IMG/VR virus record: IMGVR_UViG_3300014325_000012
Span: 1-64,000 of that record
Direction: 5' to 3' (one strand)
DNA length: 64,000 nucleotides
Source of the DNA: a virus
Shown: positions 31,060 to 39,411 of the stretch, piece after piece
Layout: every line of letters starts with the position of its first letter
Numbering within the stretch: the first letter of the stretch is position 1
Translations under genes and position numbers: made by a program
Notes under the pieces: generated by a model
What the model was told of the DNA's origin: nothing
Databases searched by the model: none
What the model saw: the letters and a program-made list of their open reading frames with translations, nothing else

Positions 31060-31332
31060 ATGAAACAACTGATTTTGGCACTAGGGCTCGTGGCAGTGAG
31101 TAGTACAGCAGCTATGGCTGATGTATCCATGGGTGTTGCTGTTGAGGCTGATGGTAATGGAGCAGGAGTTGCCACACAAGGCGGCTTTAGTTTTGCTGGT
31201 GTGACTGTGGATAACAACACATCAGTTAAAGTCTCTCCATCAGGAGCTATTAAGTCTGCTGTTGGTTTAGTTAAGAAGGGTGTTAAGGCTACTAAAAAGG
31301 TAGTCGGAACAGCAGCTTCTCTACTGAACTAA
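31060..31332 (+). CDS. Small secreted or membrane protein
   Basis: Signal peptide MKQLILALGLVAVSSTAAMA; amphipathic basic C-terminus. Confidence 0.7.
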   Translation: MKQLILALGLVAVSSTAAMADVSMGVAVEADGNGAGVATQGGFSFAGVTVDNNTSVKVSPSGAIKSAVGLVKKGVKATKKVVGTAASLLN

Positions 31333-31417
31333 TAAAATATAAAAACCCCTCGTAAACTCCTATTTGCAATGTTTATGCTATAATTAAGGTATAAATTATG
31401 TTTATAGGAGTTTATTA

Positions 31418-31852
31418 ATGGCTAAGGTTCAATATTATATTATCGTTACTGTACATACTAATTTTGTGCAGTTGGCTATGGAAGGTAATGCAGAGTATGC
31501 AGAGCTCCTTCAGCTACAGAAAGAAGGAAAGCTCGTCTCTGGAGATGCAAGAGTAGTACCAAGAGCTATATTCAAACAAACTCCTAACATGTTGGTAGAA
31601 GATTATTTTGATGAAGTGACTGGAATTACCGTAAAAAGATTTAGGGATGACGTAGTAGCGGCTAGGGGCGACGGTTTAGGCAGAATTTGGGTAGAAAAAG
31701 GTAGAGAGGATGTAGCTAGAAAGGTTCTACAAACATTGCGTGTTATTGATCCATCAGCACACTTAGATCCAGAAGGATTAATTCTCCCTGAAGAAATGAC
31801 AGAAGAGCAGAAGAGAAGAGCTGCCGGTGGAAGACCAAGAGGTTCCCGCTAA
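31418..31852 (+). CDS. Hypothetical protein
   Basis: SD AGGAG, upstream TGCTATAAT at 31376. Confidence 0.7.
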   Translation: MAKVQYYIIVTVHTNFVQLAMEGNAEYAELLQLQKEGKLVSGDARVVPRAIFKQTPNMLVEDYFDEVTGITVKRFRDDVVAARGDGLGRIWVEKGREDVARKVLQTLRVIDPSAHLDPEGLILPEEMTEEQKRRAAGGRPRGSR

Positions 31853-31875
31853 AACTAAATAGCAGTTAACAATTA

Positions 31876-31909
31876 TAGCCCAGCCTTAAATGGTTGGGCT
31901 AATGCTTTT
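31876..31909 (+). terminator. Terminator-like hairpin
   Basis: TAGCCCAGCC-N6-GGTTGGGCTA. Confidence 0.55.
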
Positions 31910-31945
31910 AAGTATAATTTATATAGTAAAGCATAGGTATAATAA

Positions 31946-32974
31946 ATGGCTTCTGAATATCAGTATATTTCCGTAGTAACACCTCCTACTGCTGCTGGAA
32001 CAGTAGCAATAACCGTAGACACTAATTTAATTTCTACAAGTAGTTCTTTCCAAGGGAACCCCACTCTTTCAGGTCTTCCTGAAAGTCTTAATCCACCAGC
32101 TTCGGCTTCCTTTGTCTTAAATGTTTCTTCCGTTACAGGCACAGAAACAGAAAATCAATTCTCATATAAAATATATACCCAATTGGGAACTCTACTACAA
32201 CAACTAGGTTTAGGATATACAGGTACTTTAGCTTATGCAGAAGAGCAATACCCAGCAACCTTCCAAACCACCAATTCTGACCATGTCACATGTGTTTGGT
32301 CTCAATGTTTATTTACGATTGGCGTAAGTGGAAATACTACAGGAGCAGAAATTGTAATAAATAAGGCCCCATGTTTGGTCACTCTTGAAGACGCTAAAAA
32401 TATAGGACCAGAAATAAGTTTTGACTTTACTAGTGACTTTGGGGTAGCTCTTACAGACTCACAAATCATCACTAGCCTAGTAAGGGCCTCTTCTATGCTA
32501 ACTAATAGGCTTAGAAATAATATAGTAGTTTCTACTTATGTGAAGGAATTAAGAGGACAGGATACAGATGCCGTTAAACTAACTCCTTATCCGGTCTTAG
32601 ATTTTGACCAACCTAGAATTAGACGTAAAAATATAACTGATGTTTACAACCTTCCTCAGTGGGGTAAATTTGCATACGGGATTATAGGTAATAAGAAACA
32701 AACACTCAAGTTTAGATTTAGTGAAGTCCATATAGATCATAGAGAACCTTTCTCTATCCAAAATCTATGTTATTTATCCTTTATCTCTGGATATTCCCAT
32801 ATTCCTGATGAAATAAAAACAGCAGTAGTAGAAGTAGTAAGACTAAAAATGTTCTATCGTGACGGACTCCACTCTATGAAGGGAGGTTCTAATCAATATG
32901 TTTGGGAACCTAAAGATACCAGATTAGAAAGAATATTGGTACCTATCCTTAACTATAAGATGAGGCCATTTTAA
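31946..32974 (+). CDS. Putative head-tail connector/adaptor
   Basis: LVTLEDAK, RASSML, SGYSHIPDEIKTAV and LNYK pattern of gp6/gp15-like adaptors. Confidence 0.65.
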   Translation: MASEYQYISVVTPPTAAGTVAITVDTNLISTSSSFQGNPTLSGLPESLNPPASASFVLNVSSVTGTETENQFSYKIYTQLGTLLQQLGLGYTGTLAYAEEQYPATFQTTNSDHVTCVWSQCLFTIGVSGNTTGAEIVINKAPCLVTLEDAKNIGPEISFDFTSDFGVALTDSQIITSLVRASSMLTNRLRNNIVVSTYVKELRGQDTDAVKLTPYPVLDFDQPRIRRKNITDVYNLPQWGKFAYGIIGNKKQTLKFRFSEVHIDHREPFSIQNLCYLSFISGYSHIPDEIKTAVVEVVRLKMFYRDGLHSMKGGSNQYVWEPKDTRLERILVPILNYKMRPF

Positions 32975-33624
32975 TGGGTATTGATGGTCTATTTAGGCGT
33001 ATGAGTAAATTTATGGGCGGATATGCCGGAGTGGATTTTGATATCTACAGGCCCAATTATAATCAGATAGACAATACCCCTGTTTTAGTATACCCAAGTC
33101 AAAAGTACTTAATGAATCCTGCTAGCCCAATGTATTCTGAGCCTAAATATAGGGATGTGGAGTGGTATGATATTGCGGGGGATAGAAACATAGTACTTCC
33201 TGGGGACTTATTTATAAAATCTGTACCTGATGGAGGAATGACCCCCATAGTAACTATGGGTACTGTCATGGACAATAAGAATTTCACCGGATATAGGACT
33301 AATAGGACTTGTGACATATTAAATAGCACAAATGATATAATATATCAAAATGTTTATTTTGAATTTATAGATATAGGATATCCAGGAAGTTCAATTAATA
33401 AAAACCTGGAAAACTCTCTTAGAATCCCAAATAATAGATTAGTTATATTCAATAGAGATGGGATATTTAGATATAGAACACAGATAGTTGAAACAGATAG
33501 TACCCAAAGCATCTCCAAAGACGGAGGTACTCCTATTCAATTTCAACGTAAGTGGATGGTAGAGGAAATAGACCATACAGGAAACTTTATGGTTCTAACA
33601 GTAAGAAATGCTTTAGAGCAATAA
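32974..33624 (+). CDS. Putative head-closure/neck protein
   Basis: Synteny; coupled TAATG start. Confidence 0.45.
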   Translation: MGIDGLFRRMSKFMGGYAGVDFDIYRPNYNQIDNTPVLVYPSQKYLMNPASPMYSEPKYRDVEWYDIAGDRNIVLPGDLFIKSVPDGGMTPIVTMGTVMDNKNFTGYRTNRTCDILNSTNDIIYQNVYFEFIDIGYPGSSINKNLENSLRIPNNRLVIFNRDGIFRYRTQIVETDSTQSISKDGGTPIQFQRKWMVEEIDHTGNFMVLTVRNALEQ

Positions 33625-33633
33625 GGATACCTA

Positions 33634-34227
33634 ATGACAATTGCAATAGCTTTACAACAATACCTTGCCTTGGATGTAGTCGACGGAGATGCAACTATTG
33701 TCTCTTCCAGAAACCCTTCTATCTGGCCCTCCTCCTCATATGTCCCAGAGTATGCCTATAAAAGTTTAGGAACTCTGTGGATGGGTAGATCAGTTAGCTC
33801 TACCCAGTTCATCCAAAGAATAAATTACCAATTTGGAGAATCAAACATGGCTGCTGAGGGAGAAATTTCCTTACTAACTAAACCTATAGAGAGTACAAGA
33901 ATTCCGGAACCATTTAATAGTAACACAGTAGGAGCAGAAACTACTGTGCTGGATATTGTATTAAGACAACCGGAAGGTGAAATGTCGGTAGCTAGAATGA
34001 TCAACGTAGAGCTGAGAATAAGGTATTTATTAGATCATTTATGGAGAGGATATAGACGCGGCGGAGGTATCCCTCCTGTCTCACCTAATATTCCTGTGGT
34101 GGGAGATACTTCCATATCCCAAACCTATCCTGTACTCTGTCAATGGATGAATTATTTAACTGAGCCTACAGCTACTGAAACTGCAGTGAGATACGTAGTA
34201 GCATACACTAGAAACGTACCACGCTAA
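33634..34227 (+). CDS. Putative tail completion/terminator protein
   Basis: Synteny before the major tail gene. Confidence 0.4.
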   Translation: MTIAIALQQYLALDVVDGDATIVSSRNPSIWPSSSYVPEYAYKSLGTLWMGRSVSSTQFIQRINYQFGESNMAAEGEISLLTKPIESTRIPEPFNSNTVGAETTVLDIVLRQPEGEMSVARMINVELRIRYLLDHLWRGYRRGGGIPPVSPNIPVVGDTSISQTYPVLCQWMNYLTEPTATETAVRYVVAYTRNVPR

Positions 34228-34994
34228 ATATGTTTCCAAGTCTCTCTATATTTAATACTGGAAATTGTATATCTTGATACATTGTATTCTCTAGCTAGTT
34301 TAGTAATAGCACACTTTAGGTCTTTGTTTTCTAGTTTTTGTCTGATTTCCAATACTTGCTGTTCTGTCAAGACGTGAAAATGAACACTTTCCCCCTTATT
34401 CTGTCTACTTTTCTCAATCTTATCTTCCATATTATTTTCATGAGTACCAAGAAAGAGATGAGAAGGCTTCACACATGCTCTGTTGTCACAATGATGACAA
34501 ACAAATAAACCCCCTTCAATTTCTCCAAAAGCCAACTCATAAGAAAACCTATGTGCTGGGTACCTTATTCCATCCATGACAAAGACACCATAACCTTTAT
34601 CTAAACACTTAGACCATTCCCAGCAGTCGGGATAAAGGTGATTACCACCCAGTCCTACAGACTTGTTTACGTTTTCCCAGAAGTCCTCTACCGTATTATT
34701 ATGGGCTTGTTTTAAGTTATACTTCCTTAAATCACTAACCTCATTATTACTCCTAGTAAAAGAAATAGAACAGGATCTACTACAGAAACATCTGTACCTT
34801 CCATTTTTATTGTTCCTAGTAATTTGTCTAGTCTTTTTCATGAAAACTTTACCACATCCGCAACACTTAACCTCTGACATACTTTCCATACCTCCTATAT
34901 TTATAAAATAAGTGTACCACAAAAATATATGAGTACTCATATATTTATGGTTAATTAATATACTTATTTTTGATGTATAATTATAGTAATACAC
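34224..34994 (-). CDS. HNH homing endonuclease, antisense insertion (start probably about 34888)
   Basis: CWEW..GYG..AHRFSYEL..VCHHCDNRACVKPSHLFLGTHENN; C-terminal HTH. Confidence 0.85.
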   Translation of the reverse strand: MYYYNYTSKISILINHKYMSTHIFLWYTYFINIGGMESMSEVKCCGCGKVFMKKTRQITRNNKNGRYRCFCSRSCSISFTRSNNEVSDLRKYNLKQAHNNTVEDFWENVNKSVGLGGNHLYPDCWEWSKCLDKGYGVFVMDGIRYPAHRFSYELAFGEIEGGLFVCHHCDNRACVKPSHLFLGTHENNMEDKIEKSRQNKGESVHFHVLTEQQVLEIRQKLENKDLKCAITKLAREYNVSRYTISSIKYRETWKHI

Positions 34995-35018
34995 AGAACA
35001 TCAGGAGAGCTTAGAAGC

Positions 35019-36020
35019 ATGTCAACCCAGACGATAAGAATTGGAGTTCCTCAGATATTTTTGAGTTATAACTCAAGCGTAGCGGTACCCTCCCTATCTA
35101 CTCTAGTTTTCGGTGTGTCCTCAATTACACCTACCGATTCATTACTTAACGACATTAATCAGCCTTTGTCTACATCAGATACTTATAAGGTTATGATAGG
35201 TTTGGTTGGTCGTGATGCTACAAATGGAGGCTATACTGTTTCTTACTGTAGCCCAGAAAGCTCAAGCCAAACAATCACTTCTAATGGGCAAGGACTCTAT
35301 ATTAGAGTAGCAAATGCTGCATGGCCAGCTAACTTTGATACTGCTGTATGTGCAGTAATCTTCTTGAAGATTAATTCAGCCCAATACCAGCTCGCAGAGT
35401 TTGCTTATATTGATCCTACAGGTGACTTTAACCATACTATTATGGTTAAACCACTAAGAGTTGCTCCTAGATTTCAAACTGCTCTTCTACAGTCTACTAC
35501 ATCAGATCAGATATTGGGAAATAGAACTCCCTTAGGTATATCTCTTGCAGAAATTACACCTACTACTGGTGAATTTAACTTCCGTAGACCAGTAACTAAT
35601 GTCACAGTATCTCCAAATAACGCTCCTGACTTCCAGGTAGCCACAAGTCGTGCATCAGGCATCTCATTCCAAGCACTACTTAACGATATTAAGACTTTCG
35701 TTTCAGCGGCTGCTGGTATTTATGTAACCTATACTGATTACCTTGGTGGAACCGTCCAAGAAGCACAGCTATCCCTCCAAACCGCTCAAGCTATCTTGAG
35801 AGAAAATAGGGCAGTACAAGTATTCTTACCTCCAGACCATAATGGTAACCAGGAAGTAAGATTGCTAGTTGGACTATTAACATTCAACCAGCAAGAGCTT
35901 AATGAAGCTTGGTCTAAAAATGCAACTACCCCAGTAAACTTTGTATTTGACGCAGCCTCACTAGATAGATTAATTCCTAATACACACACTGAAATTCAAT
36001 ACATTCTCAATGGAGCATAA
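35019..36020 (+). CDS. Putative major tail (tube) protein
   Basis: Synteny, SD AGGAGA, followed by terminator hairpins, shares IGVP and TPTTG motifs with 45786. Confidence 0.55.
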   Translation: MSTQTIRIGVPQIFLSYNSSVAVPSLSTLVFGVSSITPTDSLLNDINQPLSTSDTYKVMIGLVGRDATNGGYTVSYCSPESSSQTITSNGQGLYIRVANAAWPANFDTAVCAVIFLKINSAQYQLAEFAYIDPTGDFNHTIMVKPLRVAPRFQTALLQSTTSDQILGNRTPLGISLAEITPTTGEFNFRRPVTNVTVSPNNAPDFQVATSRASGISFQALLNDIKTFVSAAAGIYVTYTDYLGGTVQEAQLSLQTAQAILRENRAVQVFLPPDHNGNQEVRLLVGLLTFNQQELNEAWSKNATTPVNFVFDAASLDRLIPNTHTEIQYILNGA

Positions 36021-36090
36021 AATAATAGTTAATATTTACATATAAACGTATTCATATGATTAAATAGTATTGTGTAGTGACCTCCTGTAA

Positions 36091-36120
36091 TAAGCCCCTG
36101 ATGTAAAAGTTGGGGGCTTA
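36091..36120 (+). terminator. Hairpin after the tail gene
   Basis: TAAGCCCCT..GGGGGCTTA. Confidence 0.55.
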
Positions 36121-36155
36121 TGATATAATAGAGGTAATTCGGCTTCGGAGACCAT

Positions 36156-36193
36156 ATAACCCTAAGGACTAAATCCTTTAGGGTTATTTCTTT
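36156..36193 (+). terminator. Second hairpin with T-tract
   Basis: ATAACCCTAAGGA-CTAAA-TCCTTTAGGGTTAT-TTCTTT. Confidence 0.6.
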
Positions 36194-36256
36194 ATTAACT
36201 TTGACTATCTTTTATATAAATACGATAAACTATTAAAAGGGTTATAGGAGAAACAT

Positions 36257-36589
36257 ATGCCACTTACTTTTTCGGAATATCAACTTAAGGCTGAACAGAC
36301 AGCCATTTATCCAGACAATGTACGTATAACTTATCCAGCAATGGGGTTGGGTGGGGAAGCTGGAGAAGTCCTTAATAAAGTAAAAAAGATATTTAGAGAT
36401 GATAATGGCTTTGTTACAGACGAAAAAAGAAAGGAAATAAAGAAGGAGATAGGTGGTGTACTTTGGTATTTAGCCGCGCTAGCTAAGGATTTGAATATCG
36501 AACTAGAAGATGCAGCCCAAGAAAATTTAGATATTCTAGCTTCACGAGCTCAAAGAGGCGTACTAAAAGGATCAGGAGATAATAGATGA
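36257..36589 (+). CDS. MazG-like NTP pyrophosphohydrolase
   Basis: YQ..A..TAIYP, LGGEAGEV..KVKK..RD, KEIGGVLWY, GSGDNR. Confidence 0.9.
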   Translation: MPLTFSEYQLKAEQTAIYPDNVRITYPAMGLGGEAGEVLNKVKKIFRDDNGFVTDEKRKEIKKEIGGVLWYLAALAKDLNIELEDAAQENLDILASRAQRGVLKGSGDNR

Positions 36590-36891
36590 AATTAGGTAAG
36601 TTACAAGATAAAGCAGCTAAATTAGCAGATTATCCTAGAGGGCAAGTAAAAGGTCTTATGCCAGCACTTTGGTGCGCTGAAGAAGGTGTAGAAGTAATGA
36701 GATGTTTTAGGGTAGCCTTTAATAAGGAAGAGCCCCTAGATGAAGAGCATCTAAAAGAAGAAATAGGTGATAATCTCATAGCACTCGTACACCTATGTAA
36801 CGAGATGGGATACTCCATGGATGAAATTGCCCAAGACGCTTTGGGGAAACAGAAGACTAGACAAGAGGAAAGAGAAGAAGAGAATGAATAG
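36586..36891 (+). CDS. Second MazG-like protein
   Basis: AEEGVEV and KEEIGDNL EXXE/EXXD motifs. Confidence 0.75.
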   Translation: MKLGKLQDKAAKLADYPRGQVKGLMPALWCAEEGVEVMRCFRVAFNKEEPLDEEHLKEEIGDNLIALVHLCNEMGYSMDEIAQDALGKQKTRQEEREEENE

Positions 36892-37216
36892 TAAGTCTCT
36901 ACTCATAATGCTAAGTTTAATATTTATTTCTCCGTGCCATGCTGGTAATATAGTAGAGTATAGGAAGCAGTTAGCCAAGTCATCTAGATTAATTAAACTA
37001 GAGCTAGAAAAAATAAATAGGGAAATAGGTAGGTTAGATAGTAATTCAAGAGCACAGTTAACTAGTACCTACATAGGAGACGAGTCCATGACAGAAATGG
37101 ATATACTTATATTAGGTAATGATATGGTTTCTTCAGGTGTAGAAAAATATGACTATTATTTCAGTCACCTAGGTAAGAGAATGAGAAAGGACGCCGTAGG
37201 GGGACAGTATAAATAA
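36884..37216 (+). CDS. Hypothetical secreted protein (start probably 36884)
   Basis: Signal-peptide-like MNSKSLLIMLSLIFISPCHA. Confidence 0.6.
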   Translation: MNSKSLLIMLSLIFISPCHAGNIVEYRKQLAKSSRLIKLELEKINREIGRLDSNSRAQLTSTYIGDESMTEMDILILGNDMVSSGVEKYDYYFSHLGKRMRKDAVGGQYK

Positions 37217-38169
37217 TGATCCACAAAGAGTTATTAAAACAATTAGGACTGCATAAGGATGCTAGTGTATCTGACTGGATAAGAATTAAGAGAAATAGAC
37301 TTTTCAGGTTCGTTAATACTCTGGTTGGAACTATAACTAAAAGAGAAACATATACATGTAACCATACTACTAATTTACCAGGACAAAAGCTTCTTGATGA
37401 AGCTACAATGGTAAGTAGTAATGATTTGGCAAACTCCGCCCACGTAAATTCTGGAACTACTCATGATTATGTGGCGACTATTCTTAATAGGGATTCAGTA
37501 GATAATAAAGGGATGACCCTTACATCCTCAGTAAATTATGATGTTAACTATAATAATGCTTTCTGGAATGGAAGTCAAATGGTTTATGGGGATGGAGATG
37601 GTAAGTTCTTCTCAGGCTTCTCCAAGGATCTATCTGTAATAGCCCACGAATTCTCACATGGGATAACTCAAACTACTTGCGGATTATGGTACTATGGACA
37701 AAGCGGAGCCCTTAATGAGGCATTTAGTGATATTTCTGGAATTGCTTGTAGACATTGGTATGAACAAGATAAGGACCCAAAGACCGCAAACTGGCTTATA
37801 GGAGATAAATGCCTAGGAACTAGTTTCCCTGGTAAAGCTATTAGAAGTTTTAAGGATGAAAAAGCTTATGATGGGGATAATCAACCTAAGAACTTCAAGA
37901 AGCTACTAGTAGGAACCCAAGATAATGGTAATGTACATGGTAACTCCGGACCTAAGAATCACTGTTTTTATGTTTTATGCCTAAAGCTCAATGAACCCTC
38001 ATACGGAAAGCCTATACAGATTGTGTGGGAAGGACATAAGACTCTCAAACCATGGTCTAACTTTAAAGCCGCAGCTAAGGCAGAGTATAAAGCAGCCCTT
38101 AAACTATATGGTCAAGAAGTAGCCACTGTGGTTAAAGAAGCATACCATGAATGTGGACTTGACTTTTAG
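37216..38169 (+). CDS. M4 family (thermolysin/protealysin-like) zinc metallopeptidase
   Basis: YNNAFWNGSQMVYGDGDG, HEFSH, GALNEAFSD, DNGNVHGNSG. Confidence 0.92.
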   Translation: MIHKELLKQLGLHKDASVSDWIRIKRNRLFRFVNTLVGTITKRETYTCNHTTNLPGQKLLDEATMVSSNDLANSAHVNSGTTHDYVATILNRDSVDNKGMTLTSSVNYDVNYNNAFWNGSQMVYGDGDGKFFSGFSKDLSVIAHEFSHGITQTTCGLWYYGQSGALNEAFSDISGIACRHWYEQDKDPKTANWLIGDKCLGTSFPGKAIRSFKDEKAYDGDNQPKNFKKLLVGTQDNGNVHGNSGPKNHCFYVLCLKLNEPSYGKPIQIVWEGHKTLKPWSNFKAAAKAEYKAALKLYGQEVATVVKEAYHECGLDF

Positions 38170-38199
38170 TTGAAGTGTGGTAGTATATAATATATATAC

Positions 38200-38279
38200 A
38201 GCGGAGTAGAGAAGTCTGGTCGTTCTCGCAAGTCTCATAAGCTTGAGATCGTTGGTTCAAATCCAACCTCTCGCAACCA
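38200..38279 (+). tRNA. tRNA-Met(CAT), initiator-like but atypical
   Basis: Cloverleaf with D stem GAGA/TCTC, anticodon arm CAAGT-CTCATAA-GCTTG, T arm GTTGG-TTCAAAT-CCAAC and encoded CCA. Confidence 0.85.
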
Positions 38280-38293
38280 CTTAGGAGTGAATA

Positions 38294-38521
38294 ATGGCAT
38301 GTAATCATGGGTCGCACTTAATATGTCCTTTATGTCCTGATTACGTCCCAGTTATTCAACCAGTTAAAGAATTTAACTCTACTTCAGGAGTTTTTGAAGA
38401 ACCCACGTGGGCTAAGCCTTGTAATTCAATAAATTGCTGCTTAACTAATGACATGGTGGATAAGATAGCGGATAGAGTTATAGAGAAGCTTAGGATGGAA
38501 ATAAAGAATATGTTTACGTAG
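38294..38521 (+). CDS. Small Cys-rich hypothetical protein
   Basis: SD AGGAG; CNH..CPLC. Confidence 0.55.
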   Translation: MACNHGSHLICPLCPDYVPVIQPVKEFNSTSGVFEEPTWAKPCNSINCCLTNDMVDKIADRVIEKLRMEIKNMFT

Positions 38522-38594
38522 ATTACTAATAAGAGCCCTCCATGATATAGTGAACTTAGAATAATTATTCACTCATTTATATGGAGATCTCTTA

Positions 38595-39104
38595 ATGAAG
38601 GTACTAAATAAACAAATTACAAGTAGTTTTCTTGTTGTCCCAGAAAACTATAGGGAAGTTAAAAAGCAGTGGGCAGAAAAAATGGAAAGTAATGAGTGTA
38701 TGGATGGGGAAGTACACTTACTTTACTTGACTCTCATGGGTAAAGATTGGACTAAGTCATTTGTCCAAGGAAATAGTATAGATTTTGAAAATGGGGGTCT
38801 TTATGGGTCTGGGCCTTACATGTCCCTTAAGAACCTAATACTGAGCCTTAAGATTGACCCTAGTAGGATATTATCTAAAGTTGCAGATATAAGTCTATTT
38901 GCTGATGATGCCCATAAAAAACTTTTGGAAACACTTCCGGACTTAGAGTGCTTAGAATCCGCCATACAAAATAAAGCCTCGTTTCCCGAGTATTTTCACA
39001 GATATAACTCATATAACAAGTATATGTTGAATAAGGAAAGTGCTAAGGAAGGTTTATTACAGACTATATTTAATATGTTTTCCAGGATGTTTAATCATGA
39101 ATAA
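38595..39104 (+). CDS. Hypothetical protein
   Basis: SD GGAGA; 169 aa. Confidence 0.6.
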   Translation: MKVLNKQITSSFLVVPENYREVKKQWAEKMESNECMDGEVHLLYLTLMGKDWTKSFVQGNSIDFENGGLYGSGPYMSLKNLILSLKIDPSRILSKVADISLFADDAHKKLLETLPDLECLESAIQNKASFPEYFHRYNSYNKYMLNKESAKEGLLQTIFNMFSRMFNHE

Positions 39105-39411
39105 GTACTCATATGTATTTGTAAGAAAAGATATATCTGTACCGGATCAGATGGTCCAAGTTGGGCATGTTTGTATGGAGGCTGGCAAGAAATTTAGGCA
39201 ACCAAAAGGGACGCACCTAATACTGTTAGAGGTTGAGGATAGTGTAGGCCTGGGGATAGTTGTAATGTTATGTGGAATGATGAGGATAAGGTATTTTCTA
39301 TTTTATGAGCCGGATGAAGATATGAAGTACACTGCCTTATGTACAGAGCCCGTTTCTAAATCACAAAAGGATGTATTTAAAAGTTTTAAATTATGGAGGA
39401 ATAATGGCTAA
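39097..39411 (+). CDS. Peptidyl-tRNA hydrolase type 2 (PTH2)-like protein (start probably 39097)
   Basis: YVFVRKDI...QMVQVGH, LILLEV, FYEPD....TALCTEP, KLW. Confidence 0.65.
   Translation: MNKYSYVFVRKDISVPDQMVQVGHVCMEAGKKFRQPKGTHLILLEVEDSVGLGIVVMLCGMMRIRYFLFYEPDEDMKYTALCTEPVSKSQKDVFKSFKLWRNNG

Noticed and set aside
36121-36193. Tiny RNA between TATAAT and the second hairpin
   Set aside because: Too short and unstructured to support; more simply tandem terminators plus a promoter.
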